Positions 9,264 to 17,698 of a stretch of DNA of 23,473 bases are shown here, in pieces. The translations under genes were made by a program, and so were the position numbers. The stretch comes from a virus (lineage: Duplodnaviria; Heunggongvirae; Uroviricota; Caudoviricetes). The notes beneath the pieces were generated by a model. It ran no database searches, had not been told where the DNA came from, and worked only from the letters and a program-made list of their open reading frames with translations. The DNA is taken from the IMG/VR virus record IMGVR_UViG_3300013104_000019, positions 1 through 23,473 of that record. The stretch is one strand, 5' to 3'. Each line of letters starts with the position of its first letter. The stretch's first letter is position 1.

Positions 9264-10598
9264 ATGGCAACTAATCGCGCAGCGCAGGCGATCCTGATCA
9301 CCAAGGATCAGCCTGCCATTTCAAATCGATCAGCGCAAGCGGTTGTCATCACACAGGACCCGCCTACTGCGCAAATCCGTAACGTACGCGGCTATGCCAT
9401 GTCGGCTATGCCGGCAAAGGCACAGATTCGCAATGTGCGCGGTTACGTGATGTCGACCGCGACCAAACCGCCACCGACTTCCATAACCGGCGCAGCTGCT
9501 CTGCTGTGGTTGCTGAACCAAAACACGAAGGGCGTGACGTTCACTGCTGGTCAGTTGGCGTTTGGTACACCGCAGACGTATAACGATCCAACGGGCCGGT
9601 CGAACACGCAGGTATTGGTCACGGCGAATCAGAGCAGTGGTTATAGCGGCAGCATGACTGCCTACTATAATCGCCGAACACTACTCTCTGTGTTCGCCAG
9701 CACGAGCTGGTTGCTTGGGACGATCTCCAGCGCAACAACCGTTCGTGCGTTGATTCCGCAAATCAACACCGCGTACGGGGTTGGTCTGGATGTGACGGAT
9801 GTGGTGGATGGACCAGTGGCAGCAGGCGCAACCAGTCTTGTGCTGACCGTTGCTTCGGGCAGTTACATGTTCAAGGCAGGCGATGCGCTTCAGTTGCCGT
9901 CTTACACGCTTGCCTCTAAAACGCCGAATACCGCGCTTACTGGTTTTGATGATGCGGCAGGCAATGGTCCAAAGACTGGTACGCTTGCGTTGTTCCATTT
10001 CGATGGTTCAACCGGCTCGCCTTCTTTGGTCGACACCTCTGGCAAGAACATCGCCAGTACGTCGGGGACAGTCGCTACGTCCAGCACCTCGAAGTTCGGT
10101 ACGCAAGCCGTCAGCATGGCATCCACAAACGCAGCCATTGTGCTGCCAGACGCATCGTATCTGCGCTTCGCGGGACAGGACGCCACCATCGAGGGTTGGT
10201 TCAATCCGGCCAACACCACACAGAACGGTGTGCTTTTCGGTAAGGAAGCGTCTTCTGGTAGCGTTTATGGTGACTTGCAGTACTACCAGGGCAGCATGCG
10301 GCTTTGGCTGGACTCGACCAACTTCGCCTTTAGCGTAGTATCGTCGCTGGTAGCAAACGTGTACTCACACGTGGCGTTGGTTTCGTATAAGGGCGTCTGG
10401 TATCTGTACGAAAACGGCGTGCTGAAGGGACAGGTCACGGGCGGCACTTTCGGTAATAACAGCAACCCGTTCCGTATCGGTAACTACGCTGGTCTGACTG
10501 CACCTTTCACTGGTATCATCGATGAATTCCGGATTTCGAGCTTTGCTCGTTACACCGGACCGTTCACTCCGCCGAGTGGACCTTTCGTTTTGGACTAA
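9264..10598 (+). CDS. Putative fibre scaffold: N-terminal beta-repeats + adaptor module + C-terminal LamG-like domain (444 aa)
   Basis: AQIRNVRGY twice. Adaptor motifs FGTP, RSNTQV, YYNRR and INTAYG..L...DVVD. LamG from LALFHFDG to IDEFRISSFARYTGPFTPP. Confidence 0.75.
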   Translation: MATNRAAQAILITKDQPAISNRSAQAVVITQDPPTAQIRNVRGYAMSAMPAKAQIRNVRGYVMSTATKPPPTSITGAAALLWLLNQNTKGVTFTAGQLAFGTPQTYNDPTGRSNTQVLVTANQSSGYSGSMTAYYNRRTLLSVFASTSWLLGTISSATTVRALIPQINTAYGVGLDVTDVVDGPVAAGATSLVLTVASGSYMFKAGDALQLPSYTLASKTPNTALTGFDDAAGNGPKTGTLALFHFDGSTGSPSLVDTSGKNIASTSGTVATSSTSKFGTQAVSMASTNAAIVLPDASYLRFAGQDATIEGWFNPANTTQNGVLFGKEASSGSVYGDLQYYQGSMRLWLDSTNFAFSVVSSLVANVYSHVALVSYKGVWYLYENGVLKGQVTGGTFGNNSNPFRIGNYAGLTAPFTGIIDEFRISSFARYTGPFTPPSGPFVLD

Positions 10599-10604
10599 GG
10601 AGCA

Positions 10605-10642
10605 GATTCTGGACGATCTTCTTCGGAGGGTCGTCTGGTATC
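10605..10642 (+). promoter_or_regulatory. 17-bp RNA hairpin with C(UUCG)G loop leading fibre block 2
   Basis: GATTCTGGACGATCTTC-ttcg-GAGGGTCGTCTGGTATC, 16 of 17 positions paired when G-U is counted. No U-tract. Confidence 0.7.
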
Positions 10643-10670
10643 TCCTTCGCCTGACACATTTGAGGGCATC

Positions 10671-11750
10671 ATGGCAATTCACGATTTGTGGACATACGAC
10701 CACGCTCCGCAAGGTACAACGGATCTGTCGACAGGTTCAGGTGGTCCGGTGTACAGCGAGACTGGTCTTTACAATCAGTACACGGGTAATCCGGGTTACG
10801 CATACAACAACGGCATTACCAATGCCATTCAGGCTACAACCGATGGTTATCTGACCATGAATTCGAACAGTTCTTCGAATCCGGGTCTGGCAGTACAAGC
10901 CAAAGAAGTACAAGACTGGAGTGTGGCTACTCAGTACTGGGTTGGTTTTCGCACGAAGACATCCAAGCAGAATGCATCGAACGCCAACGTCTTCACGATG
11001 TCGGATACGATTGGTCAAACCAATCCGTCGATTCTGGTGCTGGAATCTGACATGACTGCGGCTGGAGCCAATGTCCTGAATCAGGATTACTACGTCGAAG
11101 TCTTTATCGACCGAACCAATCGAGTCTATCAGGTCTGGATCAACGGTGTTCAAGTGAAATCCGGAACCATTGCTGCTGCTTCTGTTGTGAGTGGTGGTAA
11201 CGGCTTTTACTGGTTTGGTCCGTGGAATAGCGGATTGATTGCGAGTGCCTCACGAGCCTTCCGGGATTTCTACTTTCTCGATGTGGATGCCACGACGCCT
11301 GGTCGTCTGGGTTCGATTCGTTCGAACCTTGCTGCACTGTCGGTAGTTTCTGCACCAAACTACACACTTAACGCAGGTTCAAGCGGGGTAAGCGATGCAC
11401 TGGGTGCGTTCAATTACGCATATCCGACGCCGCCGGTGGCTACGCCTAATGAAACCAATGCTGCAACTGACGATGTGTTGACATCGACGTTTAACACGTC
11501 GGTTCCATCCAGTACAAGCATCATTGCGGTGGAATACCGTCACGCGTCGCAGTCGACCAGCGCAGCGAATCTGGGTGTCGCGTTGACCTCTGGAGGTACG
11601 ACGCAAAACAAACCAGCTTACGCTTTTGCCGATACGAATACGATGAAATACGGTCGACGTGCTGTGTTGGCAACAACCGCAGTGGACGGATCTGCCTGGA
11701 CACCAGCAAAAGTGAACGCAACGCAATTGTTGCTCACTCCGACTAACTAA
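10671..11750 (+). CDS. Putative tail protein, two-domain family without the LamG cassette (359 aa)
   Basis: GAGG RBS. Motifs [35 protein letters not shown] and VDGSAWTPAK. Confidence 0.75.
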   Translation: MAIHDLWTYDHAPQGTTDLSTGSGGPVYSETGLYNQYTGNPGYAYNNGITNAIQATTDGYLTMNSNSSSNPGLAVQAKEVQDWSVATQYWVGFRTKTSKQNASNANVFTMSDTIGQTNPSILVLESDMTAAGANVLNQDYYVEVFIDRTNRVYQVWINGVQVKSGTIAAASVVSGGNGFYWFGPWNSGLIASASRAFRDFYFLDVDATTPGRLGSIRSNLAALSVVSAPNYTLNAGSSGVSDALGAFNYAYPTPPVATPNETNAATDDVLTSTFNTSVPSSTSIIAVEYRHASQSTSAANLGVALTSGGTTQNKPAYAFADTNTMKYGRRAVLATTAVDGSAWTPAKVNATQLLLTPTN

Positions 11751-11766
11751 GCTTTTCGAGGTAATC

Positions 11767-13434
11767 ATGACGATCCGTGACATGTGGACGTATGACCATG
11801 CGCCGCAAGGTAGCGCGGACTTGTCTGCTGGAACGTCCCTGTCAGCATACTCGGAGAATAGCAATTACAACCTCTACACGGGGTTGCCGGGTATGCTGTA
11901 TAAGAACACCAGCGGCACGGGTGCCGTGACCACTGACGGCTTTTTGACGCTTACCACAGCAAGTGGTTTGAATCCGGCTTTGTTCGTTCGCGCCAACGAA
12001 GTCCAGAACTGGGGCACCCCGACCAAGTACTGGATTGGTTTTCGTACCAAGACCACGTCACAAAACGGCGCAGCGTGTAACATCTTTGCCCTCACCAGCG
12101 ACGTCACCAGCATGGCGAACTATGCTGCATTGTTGCAAGAAACGGACATGACGGCAGCCGGTGCAGCGACGCTGAACACCGAGTATTACGTGGAGATTTT
12201 CATTGACCGCGCGAACTTGGTGTATCAAGTCTGGGTCAATGGCGTACAGGTGAAGAACGGTACGTTGAGTGCCGCTTCACTGCCTGCCAATGGCGTGGGT
12301 TATTACCAGTGGGGGGCGTACAACTCGCTCTCTGGGGTGACCAACGGCGCGACGCGTTGTTTTCGAGATTTCTATTTCTTGGACGTGGACGCAACGGACA
12401 CAGGGCGACTGGGTTCCATCCGATCTTCGCTTCAGCCTCTTGCAACAATTAGTGCGCCGAATTATTCAGCTTATCATGCATCGGTGGTTGGGACAGCAGG
12501 ACTGTCAACTGCGCAGGCGAAGTTTGGAAGTCGTTCTTTCGTGGTTGGAGCGACCGCTGGCTCATGCGCACAAATCGCAGATGTTTCGACTTTGCGGCTG
12601 ACTGGGGATTTTACGATCGAGTTCTTCACGTACAACCCCACTCCAAACAGTTCGACGATGTACCTTAACAAAGGTACGAACGCCTATGTCTTTAACAACG
12701 CAGGATCAATCTGTGCCTCGTTTGATCCTGCGAATTCACTGGTCGTCAATGCTGCTGGCAAGCTCAAAGCCAATCAGTGGCAACACATTGCGCTGACGAA
12801 GCAAGGAACAACAGTAACGATGTGGGTCGATGGGGTGAGTGTAGCTACTGCCACATCGAGCGGTACGTTTGGTAATGTGTCGAGTCCGCTGCAAGTCGGG
12901 ACATGGAACAATGCTACTGATGCACTGATCGGGTTTCTGGACGAACTGCGCATTAGTAACGTATGTCGCTACACGTCAGCTTTCACACCGACGGCCACTC
13001 CGTTTGTCACGGATGCTAACACGGTGCTGCTCATGCACTTCGAGAGCACCAGCAATGGTTTGTTTGATTCGGGTCTGTCTGCCTTGCAGTCAATTCAGAC
13101 ACCTTATCCGTCTTCGGGCTCGCCCAATACACCTGTATTGCAAGACGCCCCGACGAAAGATCCGATGACTGTTGGTTTCAACACCAGTTACTTGACCCAA
13201 CCAAATATTTTGGCAGTGGATTATCGACTGGGGTTGCAAACGCCATATCCGTCGTCGTCTGTTGCGGCTCAACTGCAACAAGGAGCCAACAATGTACCAG
13301 CGTCATTACCGATTAACGACAACAGTATGAATCTCGGCCGGCGCGTAGCGTTACTGCGAAGCGCACCCGATAGCGGGAATTGGACGCCGGCGAAGATTGC
13401 CGCGACTTCATTAGTCGTGACTCCCGCTTCTTAA
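11767..13434 (+). CDS. Putative tail protein, closest paralog of 10671..11750 plus the LamG cassette (555 aa)
   Basis: GAGGT RBS. Motifs WTYDHAPQG, YWIGFRTK and FRDFYFLD. Cassette at about 12466-13068 (AKFGSRS, GDFTIE, FLDELRISNVCRYT, DANTVLLMHF). Confidence 0.75.
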   Translation: MTIRDMWTYDHAPQGSADLSAGTSLSAYSENSNYNLYTGLPGMLYKNTSGTGAVTTDGFLTLTTASGLNPALFVRANEVQNWGTPTKYWIGFRTKTTSQNGAACNIFALTSDVTSMANYAALLQETDMTAAGAATLNTEYYVEIFIDRANLVYQVWVNGVQVKNGTLSAASLPANGVGYYQWGAYNSLSGVTNGATRCFRDFYFLDVDATDTGRLGSIRSSLQPLATISAPNYSAYHASVVGTAGLSTAQAKFGSRSFVVGATAGSCAQIADVSTLRLTGDFTIEFFTYNPTPNSSTMYLNKGTNAYVFNNAGSICASFDPANSLVVNAAGKLKANQWQHIALTKQGTTVTMWVDGVSVATATSSGTFGNVSSPLQVGTWNNATDALIGFLDELRISNVCRYTSAFTPTATPFVTDANTVLLMHFESTSNGLFDSGLSALQSIQTPYPSSGSPNTPVLQDAPTKDPMTVGFNTSYLTQPNILAVDYRLGLQTPYPSSSVAAQLQQGANNVPASLPINDNSMNLGRRVALLRSAPDSGNWTPAKIAATSLVVTPAS

Positions 13435-13454
13435 CTTTTTTGGATGTGGAAATC

Positions 13455-15128
13455 ATGTCTAAAGCAAAAATGATGTACGCCTTTGACCACATTCCGACTG
13501 GACAAAGTGGGACAGGAGGTAACGTACCGACGTACGCTGTCGATTACCCGTTTGTGTGGAACGGCGCAACTACAGGTGGTGGTCCGGGTACTGGTGGTAC
13601 TCTGTCGGATACAGGCGGTGTGTGGTTGGCAGCAAATGGTGCGTACGGTTTTTCCGGCAACTTCTACGTGGGTGGATGGCTCATTCCGGTCAATCTGTTC
13701 GATTTGACCAAACCACGCGGTTATTATGGTTTTCGTTTTAAGGCTGCCGGCCCGAACCGCGTGAATCACCCACTAGTCATCATGAACAGCGCCAAAAGCG
13801 CCTATGGCTCGGTGATGGTGAACATCAACGATTACAACTGGATCACCAACCAGGAGTACTACGTTGAAGTACTGATTGATCGCCAGAACAATCTGCGCAC
13901 CGTGTGGGTCGACGGAGTGATGGTGATCAACGCCCAAGTGTTCAGCCAGACTATTCTCTCGACGGATTATCTGTCGATGGGTCAGATTTTGGGAACAGGC
14001 GGCTCAAGCGGGCAGTCTTATCAGTTCAAAGACATCTATTTGATGGACGATCCGGGTGACGGCAGTGTATCGCGACTCGGTCCGATCAAAGCGTATCCGA
14101 TTTCGATTGCCTCAAGCAGCGGCAACGGCTGGGGTTCGAACATCGCAACCTTCAGTGGTACAGCTGGGGTTTCATCGCAAGCTAAGTTTGGCGCATCAGC
14201 GTTGACGATGGGAGCAACCGCATCGTCGGCTTGTTCGATTCCGGATAAGTCTGGTGTGAAATCCACCAGCACGGCAGACTTTACGATTGAAACGTGGTGT
14301 TTGTCGAATAACAATGCTCAAGTCGGGATACTGTTTGGTAAAGATGGTAGCGCGGCTCCGTTTGCGCACCTCACATACAACGCAGGGACTTGGCAGATGT
14401 GGGCTGACGGCAGCAGTGCGGTGATCAGTGCAGCCTCGGGTGTGGCTGTCAACACCTGGATGCATATTGCTCTGGTGAAATACCAGAACACGTGGTATCT
14501 CTACCAGAACGGTGTATTGCTGGGTTCGGTAGCAGGCAGTACGTTCGGCAATAACTCGAACAACTTCGTGATCGGGAATTACGGCGGACTGCTCAATCAA
14601 TGGCAAGGTTCCATTGACGAATTCCGCATCAGTACCAATGCGCGCTACACTGGCGCATTTACGCCGCCGTCCGCTCCGTTCACCACGGATGCGAATACGG
14701 CTTTGTTGATGCACTTCGACGCATTCAATAACGGTTATACGCCAGATGCATCGATCACGCTTCAAAGCGTTCTGAATACGGCTCTTAACGCCACCACACC
14801 GACGATGCCGAACCTCTCGGCGGCAGTGGATGGTACACCTTTGGTTTCTGCACTTCAGTCGACAGCAGACCAAGGAGCAAGTATTCAAGGGATTTTGTTG
14901 GTTGCTTCGGGCCAACGTGCTCCAGCATCAGGCACGACGCTTCGCACCACGATTGCTGATCAAGCTCAACCGCCCAACCAGCAAACCCTGAACGCGCTTC
15001 AATTCCCAGCGGGTGCTTTTACTTACGGCAAGGTATTGGGTTTCTTGGCCAATGCACCAGATGGCTCGCAACTGACGACAGCAAAAGTGGCGCAACTTAG
15101 CTTGTCGTCTGTCGCGACAGCAACCTAG
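13455..15128 (+). CDS. Putative tail protein, paralog of 8172..9260 plus the LamG cassette (557 aa)
   Basis: Start MSKAKMMYAFDHIP at 13455; the track start at 13380 overlaps the previous gene. Motifs YYGFRFK, EYYVE and KDIYLMDD. Cassette at about 14133-14747. Confidence 0.75.
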   Translation: MSKAKMMYAFDHIPTGQSGTGGNVPTYAVDYPFVWNGATTGGGPGTGGTLSDTGGVWLAANGAYGFSGNFYVGGWLIPVNLFDLTKPRGYYGFRFKAAGPNRVNHPLVIMNSAKSAYGSVMVNINDYNWITNQEYYVEVLIDRQNNLRTVWVDGVMVINAQVFSQTILSTDYLSMGQILGTGGSSGQSYQFKDIYLMDDPGDGSVSRLGPIKAYPISIASSSGNGWGSNIATFSGTAGVSSQAKFGASALTMGATASSACSIPDKSGVKSTSTADFTIETWCLSNNNAQVGILFGKDGSAAPFAHLTYNAGTWQMWADGSSAVISAASGVAVNTWMHIALVKYQNTWYLYQNGVLLGSVAGSTFGNNSNNFVIGNYGGLLNQWQGSIDEFRISTNARYTGAFTPPSAPFTTDANTALLMHFDAFNNGYTPDASITLQSVLNTALNATTPTMPNLSAAVDGTPLVSALQSTADQGASIQGILLVASGQRAPASGTTLRTTIADQAQPPNQQTLNALQFPAGAFTYGKVLGFLANAPDGSQLTTAKVAQLSLSSVATAT

Positions 15129-15142
15129 CGCGGAGTGTTGAG

Positions 15143-16465
15143 ATGACAACAACCTTTCGTAAAACAAGTGCAATTGTCTGGACGAAAGACCCTTCGCCGA
15201 TTAGCACGCGTGCTGCTTCGGCAGTGGCGTTTGCCAGTGATTTAAATTTGGTGGTGCGTAACGTTCAAGGTTACGCATTTGAGTCCCCGCAAGCGAATGT
15301 GGCTTTGCGCAACATCCAAGGTTATGCGTTTGAATCGGTCAAGCAGTCGTTGAATCTCTCTGTTACGGGAAATCAAGCGCTGTACGCGCTGATCAACAAC
15401 AACAGCTTGTACCAGAGCTGGAGTGCAAGTAACAGTACGCTGGGTGCACCAGTCGTTGATAACAGCGTGACGAACTGTAACACCAGAGTCAATTTGGCAG
15501 CCAAGACGGCAAGCGGGTACAGCGGCAACATCAATCTGTACTACAACCGGCGTCCTATTTCTGATGCGATTAACACCAGCGTCAGTTTGGGAACTATCGC
15601 CAGTAACACGGACGTCTGGACGCTGTTGCCGACCATCAACAGTAAGTACGGGACTAACCTCACGACAAGCGATGTGGTCAACGCATCGGTGAGTGCAGGT
15701 GCGACCACGGTGATGTTGACGGTGGCAAGCGGTAGTTACATGTTCATTCCGGGTTCGGTGGTGGCTGCTGGTTTGGTGAAGGATCTGGCTTCGGTTACAC
15801 CGAGTAACCTGCTGTTTGGTTTCGACAATGCAGCGGGTAATGGTCCGAAGGCAACGAAAACGGTGATGTTGCTGCACTTCGAAGGCGGCAGCATTGTTGA
15901 CACTTCAGGTAACTTCACTCCGACGATTGTGAGTACTGCTGCGCTGACGACGCAGCAAGCGAAGTTTGGTACTCAGTGCCTGAGTTTGCCAGCCTCTGGA
16001 TCTGCTCTGAAGTTCGCAGACGATCCGCGACTGCGCTTTACGAGCGACTGCACGCTTGAAGCCTGGGTGATGTCGACTAATAATGCTCAGAACGGCGTGT
16101 TGTTTGGTAAAGATCCGTCCTCTGGCAGCCCGCCTACGGAACTCCAGTATTTCAATGGTTCTTGGCGCGTGTGGCTTGATTCTGCCACTGTGAACATCTC
16201 AGCAACTTCCGGCGTTGCAGTCAACACCTGGATGCACATCGCGTTGGTGCGCTACAGTGGTGTCTGGTATCTGTATCAAAACGGTGTGCTGCTTGGTCAG
16301 TTCACCGGTGGCACCTTCGGCAATAACACCAACCCCTTCTACGTCGGTAACTGGGGTGGCTTGGCGAATGAATTCCAGACTTACGTGGATGAAGTTCGGA
16401 TCAGTAATGTGGCGCGCTACACGGCTCCGTTCACTCCTCCGAGCACTGCGTTTGCATTGGATTGA
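15143..16465 (+). CDS. Putative fibre scaffold, paralog of 9264..10598 (440 aa)
   Basis: GGAG RBS. Repeat RN(V/I)QGYAFES twice. Motifs YYNRR, INSKYGTNL, VASGSYMF, GFDNAAGNGPK and a C-terminal LamG domain. Confidence 0.75.
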   Translation: MTTTFRKTSAIVWTKDPSPISTRAASAVAFASDLNLVVRNVQGYAFESPQANVALRNIQGYAFESVKQSLNLSVTGNQALYALINNNSLYQSWSASNSTLGAPVVDNSVTNCNTRVNLAAKTASGYSGNINLYYNRRPISDAINTSVSLGTIASNTDVWTLLPTINSKYGTNLTTSDVVNASVSAGATTVMLTVASGSYMFIPGSVVAAGLVKDLASVTPSNLLFGFDNAAGNGPKATKTVMLLHFEGGSIVDTSGNFTPTIVSTAALTTQQAKFGTQCLSLPASGSALKFADDPRLRFTSDCTLEAWVMSTNNAQNGVLFGKDPSSGSPPTELQYFNGSWRVWLDSATVNISATSGVAVNTWMHIALVRYSGVWYLYQNGVLLGQFTGGTFGNNTNPFYVGNWGGLANEFQTYVDEVRISNVARYTAPFTPPSTAFALD

Positions 16466-16482
16466 TTTCCAACGTTTCGCTT

Positions 16483-16510
16483 AAAAAAAGTTGTCATCCT
16501 ATGCGGGATG
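16483..16510 (+). promoter_or_regulatory. Possible phage late promoter (A-tract, then TATG within a short hairpin)
   Basis: AAAAAAAGTTGTCATCCTATGCGGGATG upstream of 16555. TATG is the reported phiKZ late-promoter core. The motif is short, so support is weak. Confidence 0.3.
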
Positions 16511-16554
16511 CTGGTAGAAGGTCCCGTTATTTCGTCTCCTTTTAAGGATCTCTC

Positions 16555-17097
16555 ATGGCAAAGATTGACTCCACCAAGTCAGCCATCGACAACCTGCTCG
16601 TTCTGGTGAATGCGGCCAACACCGGCCAAACGCTCCTGAACACGCAGGTCTCCGCTGGCACTCCGGCAGCTCAAACCGCTGACGGCCAAGGTCGCAACAC
16701 CAACGTCGTGCTGTCGGCCATCGCTGGTCACGGCTACACCGGTTCGCAGACGTTCACCTACACGCGTCGCGGTCTGAACGACTCGGTGCTCAGCCCGGTC
16801 GACAGCTACACGGCCACGATCGGCGTGACCGCCGCTTCGCTGCTCACCGCACTGGCCTCGCAGCTGGGCCTGGTCGCAAGCGAACTGCATCTCGAAGATG
16901 CAGCCAATTCGGGCACGACGCTGTCGGGTGCGATCAACAACAGCCCGGCCACGATCAACATCGTGTCGGCTGCCGGCTCGCTGCTGTACGTCGACGGCTC
17001 GACCCAGGGCATCACCATGACCTGGAACCAGCCGACGGTTGACCTCGCAACGGCTACGCCGACCACCGCACTGAGCGGCTTCGACGCAGCAAGCTAA
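16555..17097 (+). CDS. Adaptor-only virion protein (180 aa), probably abundant
   Basis: AAGGA RBS. Motifs RNTNV, YTRRGL and hinge LATATPTTALSGFDAAS*. Strongly C/G-ending codons; followed by a terminator. Confidence 0.8.
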   Translation: MAKIDSTKSAIDNLLVLVNAANTGQTLLNTQVSAGTPAAQTADGQGRNTNVVLSAIAGHGYTGSQTFTYTRRGLNDSVLSPVDSYTATIGVTAASLLTALASQLGLVASELHLEDAANSGTTLSGAINNSPATINIVSAAGSLLYVDGSTQGITMTWNQPTVDLATATPTTALSGFDAAS

Positions 17098-17127
17098 TCC
17101 AGAGCGCTTCGGCGCAATGGTTTAGGG

Positions 17128-17158
17128 AACAGCCGGGGAGCAATCCTCGGCTGTTTTT
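17128..17158 (+). terminator. Intrinsic terminator with GCAA tetraloop
   Basis: AACAGCCGGGGA-gcaa-TCCTCGGCTGTT followed by further Ts. A small GCGC-ttcg-GCGC hairpin lies at 17104-17115. Confidence 0.8.
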
Positions 17159-17218
17159 ATGCCGTCACCGCAAACGCCGCAATTTTATGCCCTTCCCTAT
17201 CCTGCTTTTGGACTTGAC

Positions 17219-17677
17219 ATGAAAATCGACCCGACGAAATCCGCATTGCAAAACCTTCTGGCGTTGGTGGATGCAGCCAACCCCAATGGACCGACCAACG
17301 CTGCACAGGTGACATACACGAACCTGCAAGCTGCGACCCTTGAAGGCGATGCCGCCGCTAATACCTCGGTGGAACTCGACGGTGTAAGCAATCAAGGCTT
17401 CACGGGTTCCCAGACCTTCTATTACGGACGTCTTGCCTTGGCAGACGAAGCCGCCAGCCCGACAGGTTCGGTGAACATTCCCAACGGCTCCACCAGCGAT
17501 CAAATTCTGGCACTGGTCGCCACCTATTACGGTTTCATTCCTGCTGAGATCTCTTGGCAGAGTGTGCCGGTCGCTCCGGGCACATTGCCGGGGGACACCA
17601 CCGCAACAGTACAGTGCAGTGGCTCGCTGGTGTATCTGGATGGCACCGCGACAGTCAACCTTCACTGGGAAGCATAA
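17219..17677 (+). CDS. Adaptor-only virion protein (152 aa from ATG 17219; alternative start at 17159)
   Basis: MKIDPTKSALQNLLALVDAAN aligns with MAKIDSTKSAIDNLLVLVNAAN of 16555. Motifs GFTGSQTFYYGRL and GSLVYLDG. Confidence 0.75.
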   Translation: MKIDPTKSALQNLLALVDAANPNGPTNAAQVTYTNLQAATLEGDAAANTSVELDGVSNQGFTGSQTFYYGRLALADEAASPTGSVNIPNGSTSDQILALVATYYGFIPAEISWQSVPVAPGTLPGDTTATVQCSGSLVYLDGTATVNLHWEA

Positions 17678-17698
17678 GTGAGCTAAGGAAACTCAAAA

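Noticed and set aside
7169-14747. Inserted cassettes as inteins, or the terminal HYN as an intein motif
   Set aside because: The inserts carry LamG motifs and lack the Cys/Ser-start and His-Asn-end splice signature. HYN lies at protein C-termini with no extein.
6449-16465. Diversity-generating retroelement acting on the LamG or head domains
   Set aside because: No reverse transcriptase and no near-identical template/variable repeat pair. The most similar LamG segments (about 14450-14580 versus 16210-16340) differ at synonymous sites of all base types, not only at adenines.
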